Virus record (IMG/VR): IMGVR_UViG_3300002062_000001
Location: 1 to 64,000 of that record
Source of the DNA: a virus
Reading direction: 5' to 3' (one strand)
DNA: 64,000 bases
Shown here: positions 8,007 through 17,483 of the stretch, piece by piece
How the letters are laid out: each line of letters starts with the position of its first letter
Numbering within the stretch: the first letter of the stretch is position 1
Notes under the pieces: model-generated
What the model was told of the DNA's origin: nothing
Databases searched by the model: none
What the model saw: only the letters and a program-made list of their open reading frames with translations
Made by a program: the position numbers and the translations under genes

Positions 8007-10175
8007 TTATGCGCCACCGGATGAAGTGACGTTGACGGTCACGATGTTTGAATCTGAGGACTGTACGCCCGATATGTTTTCGGCTGTTGCTTTGAAACTA
8101 TATGAACCCGCCACTGGTTCTGATCTTGTGATTGATGTTGGCTGGCCTGGCGTTCCAGTGATCGGGGGGCTTTCTTCGACCCCGTTCCTGAAGAGCCTGA
8201 AACGCCAGAACTCAGACTCATCAGGAGCGGTTAAGGTTATTGTGAAAGGCTGCCCTTCATCGACAGATGTTGGCGCGATTGATACCTGCGGAGCGGCTGT
8301 AGCCGTTGAAGAAGCTAGAGCCAGAACGTCTTCGACAACCACCCAATCCGTGGGCGTGCCGTTCGGAGCAAGGTGCCGAACCCGAACGTCGTAAGTTTGA
8401 CCATCTTCAACAACTTCGGTCGTTCCTTCACCTGCCGATGCAGAAATATCGCTTACTCGTCCGGTCCAATTTTCGCTTCCCGAAACGGTATATTCGATCT
8501 GCTTGGTAATCGTTTCATCAGCCACAGAGTCCCAGATTGCTCGAAGGCGAACCCCGGAAACCGACTGATTGACGGTCGCGCTGGTAGCAGCCGCTGATAC
8601 GTTTGTAGGTGCTGCCACTTGCTGCCCATCGGTTGTCAGTGGCGGCGGGTAATCGACAGGAACTTCCTCTTCCTTTGTCCAAACATCGTACTGAGGCGAT
8701 TCCGCGACAACATCCATGTCTATGGACACGCCGTCGCGGCTGACGGAATGCTTGGTCACGCGCCAATTTCCGTAATGCTCTACTTCGTAAAGTTCGATGT
8801 CGCACCCCCGACCGGCCCCGGTAAGCATACCTGCCAGAGAAGTCTGAACAGTTGCTGACCAAGCTGGACGCTGGCGAAGAAGTTCTTTCTTTGCCAGACG
8901 CTGGCCTTGCCCCGGCGATGGACAGAAGTCCAACTTAATGGCCAGAACCTGTTCGCGATTTCCTCTAGCCGCCACAGCCGCCGGGTCGATCACAGCGGGG
9001 ACAGACTGTTCTTGATAGCCTGCAAGCGGATCAACTATTTCAGCAACGACCTTGTTGTAACCGTTCAATAGTCCCGGCCCCTTGCGAAGCGTCACTGCGC
9101 TGATCGTGTCTTCATCGTAAACCTGATCTGCGCTGACAGCAGGCGCGCCAAACTGCACAGATATCTGGGGGCGAATTTGGCCATCGCTTCCAAGGCCAGA
9201 TTCAAGATACGGGACAGCATCCGCATTCTTCAAAAGCGCGGCGAGAACTTCACGCGGTTTTGCCGATAGAGAAATGATCCCCCATGCGCGGTAGCGCGCT
9301 TCCGTGCTGTCGTCGTGCCTAACAATCAATTCGTCACAATGGTCAGCCCATGCCGTCCATGTGGGAAGATGGATGTCGTCGATGGTATATCGGGAACCAT
9401 CTATGTGCAGGGCACGATGGAGTGTGCAAAGTGCCGCGTTATCGGACCACTCCCAAGTTTCGGGGTCGTTCAGGTCGTGAAGCGGGTTTCGAAGATCATA
9501 GACCTTCGGCCCTCGTCGTACTTGGGTATATTGAAGCCTGCCGTCGCGCGGATATACCTCGAGTCTTTCGCTATCCTTTACAGGCTTCTGAAGAATAAAC
9601 GCTTGGGCAATTCCCCGTCCGCGATGGGCGCTGGTCCATTCTGTTACAGCTTCGACAGCCTCTGCCAGTGCGGGCTGACCTTCATCGCCATCGTTCGTGA
9701 CAATCCTAACCCTGTCCTGCCACTTGCTAGGCGTCTGAACCCATCCATCAGAATCCAGCGTCACGCGCTCATTGTTCAGATAGTGCTCTTCGATTTGATC
9801 GACCTTCTGGCAATCCATCGCCAGAATCTGGGTCAGGTTGTTTTCGTATCCGATCTCCTGACTGATCCCATACCACAGGAAAGAGCCTGCGTTTTTCACG
9901 CGCCCTATCGACTGCGATCGGGGGACGCGCGGCTGATTTATAGTGGACAACCGGGCTTGGGGCGGCACGCTTGGAGACGATGGTGATGGCGTGAAGAATG
10001 ATTGCGCAAGACCGCCTAGAACAGTGATGCCAAGACCGATAACCTGTCCAACGGTGAAAACGGTCCCAAAGGCGGCAAACGCAGTTGCGCCCAAACTGAT
10101 CCCGGCGACGGTTGCCGTCGAGGCGGCGGCAGCGGCGGCAACGATACTGGTGACGGCGGCAGCAACGGGTGGCAT
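8007..10175 (-). CDS. host specificity / central tail fibre protein (lambda gpJ- or GTA g15-like)
   Basis: 722 aa, last gene of the tail-tip block. Hydrophobic Ala-rich N-terminus. The C-terminal part looks like fibronectin-III repeats. Confidence 0.65.
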   Translation of the reverse strand: MPPVAAAVTSIVAAAAAASTATVAGISLGATAFAAFGTVFTVGQVIGLGITVLGGLAQSFFTPSPSSPSVPPQARLSTINQPRVPRSQSIGRVKNAGSFLWYGISQEIGYENNLTQILAMDCQKVDQIEEHYLNNERVTLDSDGWVQTPSKWQDRVRIVTNDGDEGQPALAEAVEAVTEWTSAHRGRGIAQAFILQKPVKDSERLEVYPRDGRLQYTQVRRGPKVYDLRNPLHDLNDPETWEWSDNAALCTLHRALHIDGSRYTIDDIHLPTWTAWADHCDELIVRHDDSTEARYRAWGIISLSAKPREVLAALLKNADAVPYLESGLGSDGQIRPQISVQFGAPAVSADQVYDEDTISAVTLRKGPGLLNGYNKVVAEIVDPLAGYQEQSVPAVIDPAAVAARGNREQVLAIKLDFCPSPGQGQRLAKKELLRQRPAWSATVQTSLAGMLTGAGRGCDIELYEVEHYGNWRVTKHSVSRDGVSIDMDVVAESPQYDVWTKEEEVPVDYPPPLTTDGQQVAAPTNVSAAATSATVNQSVSGVRLRAIWDSVADETITKQIEYTVSGSENWTGRVSDISASAGEGTTEVVEDGQTYDVRVRHLAPNGTPTDWVVVEDVLALASSTATAAPQVSIAPTSVDEGQPFTITLTAPDESEFWRFRLFRNGVEESPPITGTPGQPTSITRSEPVAGSYSFKATAENISGVQSSDSNIVTVNVTSSGGA

Positions 10176-10595
10176 CTACGCTCCCCCATAGGTCATCAGC
10201 ATGTCGCACCGCCGATCCCCTCCGATCAGAAGCGTCACACCCGAGATTGCACGGACGTACCAGCCTGAAGTCGCGCGAATGGCGACGACACCGGGCCAGT
10301 TGTCGTAGACGCCCGGAAGACGAAGGATGCCAATGTCACCTTCTGCCGGTGGTTCGTTACTTAATTGCCATCCGACACTTTCCAGCCCATCACGGCAAGC
10401 CTTGCCGATACCACCTGCATCCGAAAGCATCGCTATCGCCTGTTCTTCGGTGCTGTAACGTCGTCGCCACGCCGTAGCAGGGTCGCCATAGCCCTGAGAT
10501 ACGGACCAGTCAGCGCCCATCAGGCAGCAATCAGAGACGCCCCACACGAAATCGCGCGCAGCTTCTGCATCAATAAATTCCGATAGAGTCATCAT
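10176..10595 (-). CDS. tail-tip protein with NlpC/P60-like (papain-fold) motif (gpK / GTA g14 position)
   Basis: Motif VWGVSDCCLMGADW. Assigned mainly by synteny between the gpL-like and gpJ-like genes. Confidence 0.45.
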   Translation of the reverse strand: MMTLSEFIDAEAARDFVWGVSDCCLMGADWSVSQGYGDPATAWRRRYSTEEQAIAMLSDAGGIGKACRDGLESVGWQLSNEPPAEGDIGILRLPGVYDNWPGVVAIRATSGWYVRAISGVTLLIGGDRRCDMLMTYGGA

Positions 10596-11191
10596 CCGAA
10601 CCAGTTAACCTGTCTTTGGGAAAGTTCCGCCGCAAACTCACAGGCAAGATCGCCTGGGAAACGGGCCTGTTGATCCACGTTCGTCAAGTAAGCGTGTGGT
10701 GGGTCGAGTCCTTCGACAAACAGGCTTTCTGCGCTGATCCGCATAGCAAAAGTTTCTGGGCGGATTTCGGCTTCGGGCTGCGACATGAACCCAGCCCAAA
10801 TCGGTTCTGGGCTTCCTTCGCATTCTCCGGTCTCCATATTCATCACCTGCGCGTAGATCGCGCAGCGCCTGCCTTCGTACTCTTCCTGCATGGCCTGTCG
10901 AACCGCCTCACCAAACTCAGTCGCTTCGATGGCGATCAGATCCCCGTCCACCTCAGCTTCACGAGCGATTTCGAAAGTGATTTTCTCAGCGACCAGACCT
11001 TCTTTGGTCACTATGTCGCTGACGGAGCCGAAATTGCCGATGCCTTGCCACATCCGACCATCTAGCGTCGTCAGCTTGCCAAGCCCTGTCCAATACCTCT
11101 GAAGCCCGCTCTCGAAGTCAAATTCCGCCAACCCCGGAAGACCCAGAAGCTGAGATTTAAGCAACTTCACCGCGCCAGACGTATAGGTCAT
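10592..11191 (-). CDS. minor tail protein (lambda gpL / GTA g13-like)
   Basis: Assigned by size and synteny after the gpM-like gene, plus the pattern ...YWTGLGKLTTLDGRMWQGIGNFGS. Confidence 0.5.
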   Translation of the reverse strand: MTYTSGAVKLLKSQLLGLPGLAEFDFESGLQRYWTGLGKLTTLDGRMWQGIGNFGSVSDIVTKEGLVAEKITFEIAREAEVDGDLIAIEATEFGEAVRQAMQEEYEGRRCAIYAQVMNMETGECEGSPEPIWAGFMSQPEAEIRPETFAMRISAESLFVEGLDPPHAYLTNVDQQARFPGDLACEFAAELSQRQVNWFG

Positions 11192-11684
11192 GGTCCCACC
11201 TCAATCAGTTCCAGTATCGGGTCGTCGCGCTGAATGGCCTTTTTCTTCACCAAGCCTTGCTGGTCGTCCATCAGAACCATCTTGGTAGATGGGACAGCAT
11301 CGAACGTAGTTCCTGCCGCATAGTCAGCGCGCATTGGCGGATTTGTTTCGATGATCGCGGTATCGTCATTTGAGGAAATCACATCTGCTATTTCGTAGAG
11401 AAACCCCCCAATTCCGAAGAAACCCTTGGTCCACCTGTCGCTTGAAAGTGGGCAAGCCACTTCAATCCTGCGGGGACCATAGTGCCACGACGCTTTGCAA
11501 GCCACGCCCTCCAATCAAGTCGCTTCGCTTCAGGAACATGCAAGGTGATTGTTGCCCGCCACCGTTCGGCAAGAGCACCCACACGCTGCCGCCTGCCTGA
11601 AAGGGACTGATTTCCCATTCGGGAGTGGCCTTGAATGAACCAAGACTCTTCTTTGAAGTATATTCCTTCCGGGTGCCATGTCAT
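11188..11684 (-). CDS. distal tail protein (lambda gpM / GTA g12-like) split over two reading frames
   Basis: The ORF 11388-11684 (N-terminal part, ...RWRATITLHVPEAKRLDWRAWLAKRRG) and the ORF 11188-11514 (...SWHYGPRRIEVACPLSSDRW...) together resemble one gpM-type protein. Joining them needs a -1 frame change near 11484. Confidence 0.45.
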
Positions 11685-14600
11685 CAGCGCCCCCTTCTTT
11701 GAGTATCGTTAATAATCGTGGTCAGATTGTTCTGAAGTTCTTCTTGAGCGCGGGCCAGCTTACTGAAGACGCTGGAATCGGCACCGCGCGCGTCGATAGC
11801 CACGGATACGTTCGTCTGCTGGCCTTGGCTGGCATTGCCTTTCGGGACAAAGGGCAAGATCGTTCCCGGACTATCAGGCACAAAAACTTCGGGCCGCTTT
11901 TCCCCGACGATATAAGGCTGACCAGCCCGTACCGGGCCACCGTTTTCGCGGAAAATACCACCGATGACGTTGCCCAGCGCCGCACCTAGACCGCCCAGAG
12001 CGCCGCCGGACTGGCCAGCACCATCGACGCCCAGCAGTTTTTCGAAGAACCCGGTGGCGATGATCTTCAGGATCTGGATGCCCAGCTTCTTCAAGCCGTC
12101 TTCCACATTGTCCAGATCGTCCAGCAGCCCCGCGAAACCTTCCGCCAGCGCCTTGTTCGCTTCGTTCTGGGCCTTCTCTGCCTCTTCGATCTTGTCCCGG
12201 CGCTCGTCGATCTTTTCGTTGGTCGCCTCGACTTCGTTCCGGTAGTCGATTTCCGCGCCTTTCAGCTTCCGCATTTCTGCGATCTGGGCAGGGGTGGCGT
12301 TCTCCCCCAATTCACGGATCGCGGCCTGAACTTCATATTCACGTTCCAGCGACTGGATCAGCCGGTCACGCTCTTCGATGATCGCGGTGATTTCCTCGAG
12401 CGTGGACGCTTCGCCCACCTGACCATAGGCATCCTTCAGGACCGCCAGCCGCTCTTCACGATTCCCTTCACCTGCTGCCAGTTCGGCAAGCCGCTCCTTG
12501 ATCCGAAGCTGGTCTTTCAGCTTTTCGGTCAGGCGTTCGGTTTCGTCAGTCTCTTCGACAAGGGCCAAGATTTCAGCGCGGATCGCCTCTTCATCGACAT
12601 CGACGCCACCCTTCCGGGCTGCATCAGCGATGGCGCGGGCCTTGTTTCGGGCCTCGATAGCGCGCGTCTCGGCTTCATAGGCGTCCTTGCCTTGAACGAT
12701 GGCAGCCTGAAGCCTGATCTGGTCCTGAAGGGATTCGCGCAGGGCGGACATACTGTCGTTCAGCTTCAGCCGCGCGTCCGCAGCCTTCTTCGCCGAATCC
12801 GTCGATAGCTTCTCTTTCTCAGCCAGCACTTCGTTCGCGCGCGCCAGATCGAAGGACAGCCGGGTGGCCTCTTCGACCGCATCGGCATAGGCGACATCAC
12901 CACCGGATCGCTTCAGCGCGTCTTCTCGCGCGCGGGTGACAGCCAGCCGTTCCTGTTCGACGCGCAGGGCGTCCTTAACCGTCTCAGCCTTCTGGCTTTC
13001 GAAATCACCGATCTGAGCCTGAACCGCTGCAAGGTCTTCCTGCAGCCGGACCTGCTTCTGAAGGGCTTCTTCCCTGTTTTTGGCAGCCTCTTCAGACTTC
13101 TTCGCCGCGTCGTCATCGGTCTTCGCCTTCTCAGCCGCCAGCTTTTCGCTTTCGGTCATCAGTTCGTTGGCTTTGCCGATTTGAATAGATAGTTCCGCCG
13201 CCGCCTTGACCGATTTGGCATAGGCTTCGTCCCCGTCCGATTCCCTCAGCGCATCCTGATAGGCACGTTCGATCCTCAGCTTGGCTTGCTCTGTCTCGAG
13301 TGCGTCCCGTGCGGTCTTGGCGCGCTTGCTTTCAAAGCCGCCCAGCGCCTCTTCGATCCCCAGAAGATCGGTGCGAAGACGGGCTTCCCGGCGCTGAGCG
13401 TCTTCCCGGCGCTTCGTGGCGTCGGCTTTCGTCTCTTCGGCTTCCAGTTCAGCCTGCGCGGCCTCTTCTGCTGCAGTCTGCGCGGCTCGAGCCTGCGTCA
13501 CCTGCTGGCGACCATATTCGGTCAGCATTTCCATCGACGCCGCGCGGCGCTGGGTCAGTCGGACGATTTCAGCGGCTTCTTCGGCTTCATCAGCCGTTTT
13601 GCCCTTGGCCAGAGCGTCTTCCCGTGCGCGCTCGACCGCCAGCCGCTCTTCTTCTGTCTGGACCCGACGTTCAGCCGTATTGGCCATTTCAACGTCGATC
13701 CCCATCAGTTCCTTCTGGATCGTCGCGATGTCTTCCTTCAGGCGCTTGATCTTCAGAAGCCCATCCGATTCCTTCGCGATTGGATCTTCGCCGCCACCTG
13801 AACCGCCTGCAGCACCCGCGCCGGGGTCTGCCGGGTTGAAGCTGGTCACGGTCGCGTCTTTCGAGAACGCCGCCACGATTTCCTGCTGGCGCTTCAGTTC
13901 CGCTTCGGCGGCGATCACATCTTCCGTGATGGCAAGATAGGCGCGCTGCTTCGCGGTCAGTTCATCGCCGCGTTCCAGCCGCCGGTCGATGGCAGCCGTG
14001 ACGGCTTCGACCATTTCCAGTTCTTCATCACTGGTTAGCGGGGCAAGGATGAATTCCCGGTTCGCCCCGAATTGTGCGTCTGGATTGTCTGCAGCGAACT
14101 GTTCGGCGCGTCGCTTCCTGATCTTGCGGCGCGCCGCGCGGCCGGCATCGGTGTCCGTCGCCGCGTTCTGCTGTTCGGACTGGACGGATTTGAACGCCGC
14201 TTCCTGATCCGCCAGAGTGACACGGATGCCCCGGATAATTTCCTGACGCCGGTTCTGCATCGCCGCGATGGTCTGATTGATCGCGTCGATCTGCAGGCGT
14301 GCGCTGGTCTGGGCGTCTTCGCCTTCCTTCAGCATCGCCGCCGCGTGTTCTTCACGGGCTTGCTTCAGATCGTCTGTCGCCTGTTCCAGATCGCGGTTGA
14401 CCGTCTCGAGGGCGGAAAACTTCCGGTCAAGTTCGCTGGTCAGATCGGAAAGCGCCTGAACCTTGTCAGCCGCTGTCTGGGTCTGGTTCGACAGATAGAG
14501 CATCGCGCCGGTGATCGCGGTGATCGCCAGCCCAATCGGGCCACCGAAGAACGCCATCGCAGCCTGCAGCCCACGCATCGCAGCCGCTGAGGCAGCCGCG

Positions 14601-15520
14601 CGGGATGTCAGGATCGCCATGCCGCCGGACAACAGCCGCCCCGTGCGATCCGCTTGGATCATGGCAGCCCCGAACCTGCCCACAAGGATCGTGGCGATAA
14701 TCAGCAGGGCGTCGCCCAGCGTATCGAGGTTTTCCGCCAGCATTTCGATGCCACGGGCCAGCGCGTTCGTGACGCCCAGCGACTGGTCAGCAGAGCCGAC
14801 GAACCGAGTGAATGCGTTGTTCAGCTTCGTCAGCGCGCGGGGGATGTTGGCTTCCATCCGCTCTGCGATTTCGTCGGACTTGCTGGCGTAGCCGTCCAGA
14901 GCCTTCAGGACGACATCGGTCGTGACCTTGCCTTCAGCCGCCAGATTTCGAAGCTGCCCCACCGTGACGCCCATAGACGCTGCGATGGCGCGCGCGATGG
15001 CTGGGGCACCTTCCAAGACGCTGACCAGTTCGTCGCCGCGAAGCGATCCTGACGCCAGCGCCTGACCCAACTGGCGGATCGCCGCGGTAGCACCGGGCGC
15101 GGCCTTGGCGATGGTTTCGGTGATGCGAAGCAGTTTTTCCTGCGACAGCCCCAGACCATCGGTCGCGACGATCAGATTGGCATAGGTCTGGGTGACAGCA
15201 GTGATTTCGCTGTTCGACCGCTGAGCGACGCCATACAGGCGTTCCAGCCCAACTGCGATGGCCTCTTCATCATCGACCACCCGGCGAAGCGTGTTTCCAA
15301 GTTCGGACCATGCGTTCGCATACTTCGTGACCAGATTCGCGGTCAGCGCCGCACCGATAATGCCGATGGCGGCTTGGACCTTCCGGGACATTTCTTGGAA
15401 CTGCTGACCCACATGGCGGGTGTCCCCATCGACCCCTTCGCGGAAGCGCCTGCTGTTGTTCTGGAAGCCCCGGAAGTCCGCATCATAGACAGCGTTCAGG
15501 CGTTCGACTGTGGTCGCCAA
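11684..15520 (-). CDS. tape measure protein (1278 aa)
   Basis: The largest ORF, downstream of the G/G-T chaperone. TTG start 8 nt after AGGAGG. Hydrophobic central segments, long coiled coils and a Gly-rich C-terminal part. Confidence 0.9.
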   Translation of the reverse strand: MATTVERLNAVYDADFRGFQNNSRRFREGVDGDTRHVGQQFQEMSRKVQAAIGIIGAALTANLVTKYANAWSELGNTLRRVVDDEEAIAVGLERLYGVAQRSNSEITAVTQTYANLIVATDGLGLSQEKLLRITETIAKAAPGATAAIRQLGQALASGSLRGDELVSVLEGAPAIARAIAASMGVTVGQLRNLAAEGKVTTDVVLKALDGYASKSDEIAERMEANIPRALTKLNNAFTRFVGSADQSLGVTNALARGIEMLAENLDTLGDALLIIATILVGRFGAAMIQADRTGRLLSGGMAILTSRAAASAAAMRGLQAAMAFFGGPIGLAITAITGAMLYLSNQTQTAADKVQALSDLTSELDRKFSALETVNRDLEQATDDLKQAREEHAAAMLKEGEDAQTSARLQIDAINQTIAAMQNRRQEIIRGIRVTLADQEAAFKSVQSEQQNAATDTDAGRAARRKIRKRRAEQFAADNPDAQFGANREFILAPLTSDEELEMVEAVTAAIDRRLERGDELTAKQRAYLAITEDVIAAEAELKRQQEIVAAFSKDATVTSFNPADPGAGAAGGSGGGEDPIAKESDGLLKIKRLKEDIATIQKELMGIDVEMANTAERRVQTEEERLAVERAREDALAKGKTADEAEEAAEIVRLTQRRAASMEMLTEYGRQQVTQARAAQTAAEEAAQAELEAEETKADATKRREDAQRREARLRTDLLGIEEALGGFESKRAKTARDALETEQAKLRIERAYQDALRESDGDEAYAKSVKAAAELSIQIGKANELMTESEKLAAEKAKTDDDAAKKSEEAAKNREEALQKQVRLQEDLAAVQAQIGDFESQKAETVKDALRVEQERLAVTRAREDALKRSGGDVAYADAVEEATRLSFDLARANEVLAEKEKLSTDSAKKAADARLKLNDSMSALRESLQDQIRLQAAIVQGKDAYEAETRAIEARNKARAIADAARKGGVDVDEEAIRAEILALVEETDETERLTEKLKDQLRIKERLAELAAGEGNREERLAVLKDAYGQVGEASTLEEITAIIEERDRLIQSLEREYEVQAAIRELGENATPAQIAEMRKLKGAEIDYRNEVEATNEKIDERRDKIEEAEKAQNEANKALAEGFAGLLDDLDNVEDGLKKLGIQILKIIATGFFEKLLGVDGAGQSGGALGGLGAALGNVIGGIFRENGGPVRAGQPYIVGEKRPEVFVPDSPGTILPFVPKGNASQGQQTNVSVAIDARGADSSVFSKLARAQEELQNNLTTIINDTQRRGR

Positions 15521-15532
15521 TGGGTCAGCCTC

Positions 15533-16206
15533 CTATACGGGGTGTTCGCCGCGCCTGATTTTCTCAGCGGCTCGATAATATTCTTCGTTGGTCAGCGGCT
15601 TCGCCTTCGTGGTGTCGCTGACGCCCCGGCGTCGGGCGTTGACGCCTTGGGTCAGTTCCACGAATTCGGGAAGCGTCAGGTCCGCAAGGGCGTTGGGACC
15701 GATTCCTAGTTCTGCGAGCGCCGCGACCGTTTGCGATCTCGAGAGCGGTTCCGCTTTTTTTTTTCGTAGCGCGGGCTTTCTTCCTCGAGAACCTGCGCGC
15801 CCATCATCGCGACGCCGATGATCGCCTGAGCGACCTTAGCAGCCTCGAGCAACCCCATTCCGCCATCAGCGCAGACGCGATCCACGACCGCGCGGGCTTC
15901 ACCTGGGTTTGCGCCGCCACCGATCAGGGCCATGCGGATCACTTCGGTCACATCCCGGCCGGCGAAAGACCCGTCCGCAAGATCCTTCCAGATTTGCCCG
16001 AATGCCTTGGGACGCTTCCCGTCGTCCGCGTAGTAGCCACATGCGTCTTCGATTTCGAAGACGTGTTCCAGACGGATGCGGAATTCCCGTTCCACACCCA
16101 TCAGTTCCAAGGTAGTCCCGCCGCGATAAGCGTTGCGGCGGGCTTCCTTTTCGTACTCGTTTTGCCAGATCATCTTAGGCGGCATCAGTCCACGGGAACG
16201 CGCCAT
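15533..16206 (-). CDS. tail assembly chaperone G-T-like fusion made by a -1 ribosomal frameshift
   Basis: The -1 frame is open from the A-run to TAG at 15533-15535. It encodes AEPLSRSQTVAALAELGIGPNALADLTLPEFVELTQGVNARRRG..., which looks like a real protein. Confidence 0.65.
15706..16206 (-). CDS. tail assembly chaperone (G-like, frame-0 product)
   Basis: Lies between the major tail protein and the tape measure. Ends in a basic tail just after the slippery A-run. The start is uncertain (16206, 16185 or 16173). Confidence 0.7.
   Translation of the reverse strand: MARSRGLMPPKMIWQNEYEKEARRNAYRGGTTLELMGVEREFRIRLEHVFEIEDACGYYADDGKRPKAFGQIWKDLADGSFAGRDVTEVIRMALIGGGANPGEARAVVDRVCADGGMGLLEAAKVAQAIIGVAMMGAQVLEEESPRYEKKKRNRSRDRKRSRRSQN
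15754..15765 (-). promoter_or_regulatory. slippery sequence for programmed -1 frameshifting (G AAA AAA AAA G)
   Basis: A run of 10 A on the coding strand (T10 at 15755-15764 on +). It contains A AAA AAG in frame 0 (tac gaa aaa aaa aag cgg). Confidence 0.65.
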
Positions 16207-16624
16207 CGTTGCCGATGGTCAGCGATACGGTGGCGACGTTGGTCCGGTTGCCCTTGATTTCGAAATTCTCGAGCAACCAGTTGCCAGCCCAATGCCCACC
16301 GCCGTTCGCGCCGGTCGTGCCGACGATCAGGCGCGCTGCTGCAGACGCCTTCTGGGCGTGAAGCGAGCGGTACAGACCCAGCGACGTGCTGGCCAGCTTG
16401 CCGGTGGCCTGAACGCTGCAGGACGTGGACAGCTTGTGACGAAGGATCACAGCCAGAGCCGACGCGGTGGGGTCGCAATCATAAACGGTGTCGTTCGTGA
16501 TTTCGGACTGGAAGTTCGCGGTCCACTCTTCCAGACCGCACGGGTCCAGATAGGTTCCGGCGTTGTCCGGGTCTTCGAATGTGAAATACAGAAGGCCGGG
16601 ACCAAGGGTCAGTGGGATGGTCAT
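16175..16624 (-). CDS. major tail protein
   Basis: 149-aa beta-rich protein immediately upstream of the chaperone pair. Matches TP901-1 / GTA g9-like size and position. Confidence 0.7.
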   Translation of the reverse strand: MTIPLTLGPGLLYFTFEDPDNAGTYLDPCGLEEWTANFQSEITNDTVYDCDPTASALAVILRHKLSTSCSVQATGKLASTSLGLYRSLHAQKASAAARLIVGTTGANGGGHWAGNWLLENFEIKGNRTNVATVSLTIGNDGAFPWTDAA

Positions 16625-17085
16625 CAGGTTCGTTCCTTTTCGATGCTTGCGCCAAAGGTGACGCGGGTTCGTTCCACCCCGTTCAGGGGTTCCGGTAGGG
16701 ACAGGGTTGTCGTGTGGATCAGCCGCGCCAGCACGAAGCCGGTCAGCGGGATGCGGGGTGTCCCGCGCTTAGCGCGCGATGCGTCGTCCAAGATGTCCCG
16801 GACGGCTCTGGCCTTCGTTCGCACGAAGACGTTCGCAGGGGTGCCGTTCAGGCTCAGATCATCGCGTCTGGCCCAGACATCCACGAATAGTTCGGTGTCG
16901 ATCATGTCCAGATCGGTGCCGCGGTCATCGACTATCGTCCCGTGACCGATGGTCATCGCCGGATAGTTGGTGTCTTCAGCGATCCAGTCCATGAAGACCG
17001 ATTCCCCAAAGGCAGACGCGATGTCTGGGTCTGCATTCAACGTCGCATAGACAGACGCGATCATTTCGAGTTCTGGGGTACTCAC
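16624..17085 (-). CDS. tail completion / tail terminator protein (DUF3168-like)
   Basis: Assigned by synteny between the HK97 gp10-like gene and the major tail gene, and by its 153-aa size. Confidence 0.55.
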   Translation of the reverse strand: MSTPELEMIASVYATLNADPDIASAFGESVFMDWIAEDTNYPAMTIGHGTIVDDRGTDLDMIDTELFVDVWARRDDLSLNGTPANVFVRTKARAVRDILDDASRAKRGTPRIPLTGFVLARLIHTTTLSLPEPLNGVERTRVTFGASIEKERT

Positions 17086-17483
17086 GACATCGCCTTCCTG
17101 AAAGCGCGTCGAAGGTTCCGCCGGGTTTCAGGCAGTTCCTTCTTAAACGATGGGGAAAGGTGTGGGCGGGGCTTCATCTTGCTGTTGCCCAACTCGAGCC
17201 ATTCCGAATAGGGCACCGTCGATCCGGTCCTGATCGGGAAGCTGTTCGGCTCGAAAAACGTCCGGTAGGACTGGTGCAGTTCCCCGGTGTCCGCGTTCGG
17301 ATACTTGCCGGGTAGGGATGCGATGTGTCCCGCGCCAAGGATCGCGCCCTTCAGGATGCCTTCCTGTGTCGTGTCCTTGGTGCGCTCTGCAGCATCCAGC
17401 AGGACCAGAAAAGCGCCTTTCTTGCAGCGCCGTTCAAGTTCTTCCTGCGAAATCAGGGTCTGCTGGATCACTCGAAACGTCAT
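17082..17483 (-). CDS. HK97 gp10-like head-tail joining protein
   Basis: ATG at 17483 overlaps the upstream stop (ATGA). Assigned by size and position, plus a C-terminal motif SPSFKKELPETRRNLRRAF. Confidence 0.55.
   Translation of the reverse strand: MTFRVIQQTLISQEELERRCKKGAFLVLLDAAERTKDTTQEGILKGAILGAGHIASLPGKYPNADTGELHQSYRTFFEPNSFPIRTGSTVPYSEWLELGNSKMKPRPHLSPSFKKELPETRRNLRRAFRKAMS

Noticed and set aside
11470-11500. Programmed -1 frameshift as the explanation for the split gpM-like gene.
   Set aside because: No X XXY YYZ slippery heptamer or obvious downstream structure lies in the overlap. An indel or sequencing error is the simpler explanation.
15755-15764. The T10/A10 homopolymer as a mere sequencing-error hotspot creating a false frameshift.
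   Set aside because: The position (chaperone gene between the major tail and tape measure genes), the in-frame A AAA AAG and a protein-like -1 frame that ends right at the tape measure RBS all fit the conserved G/G-T recoding. A homopolymer length error cannot be fully excluded.
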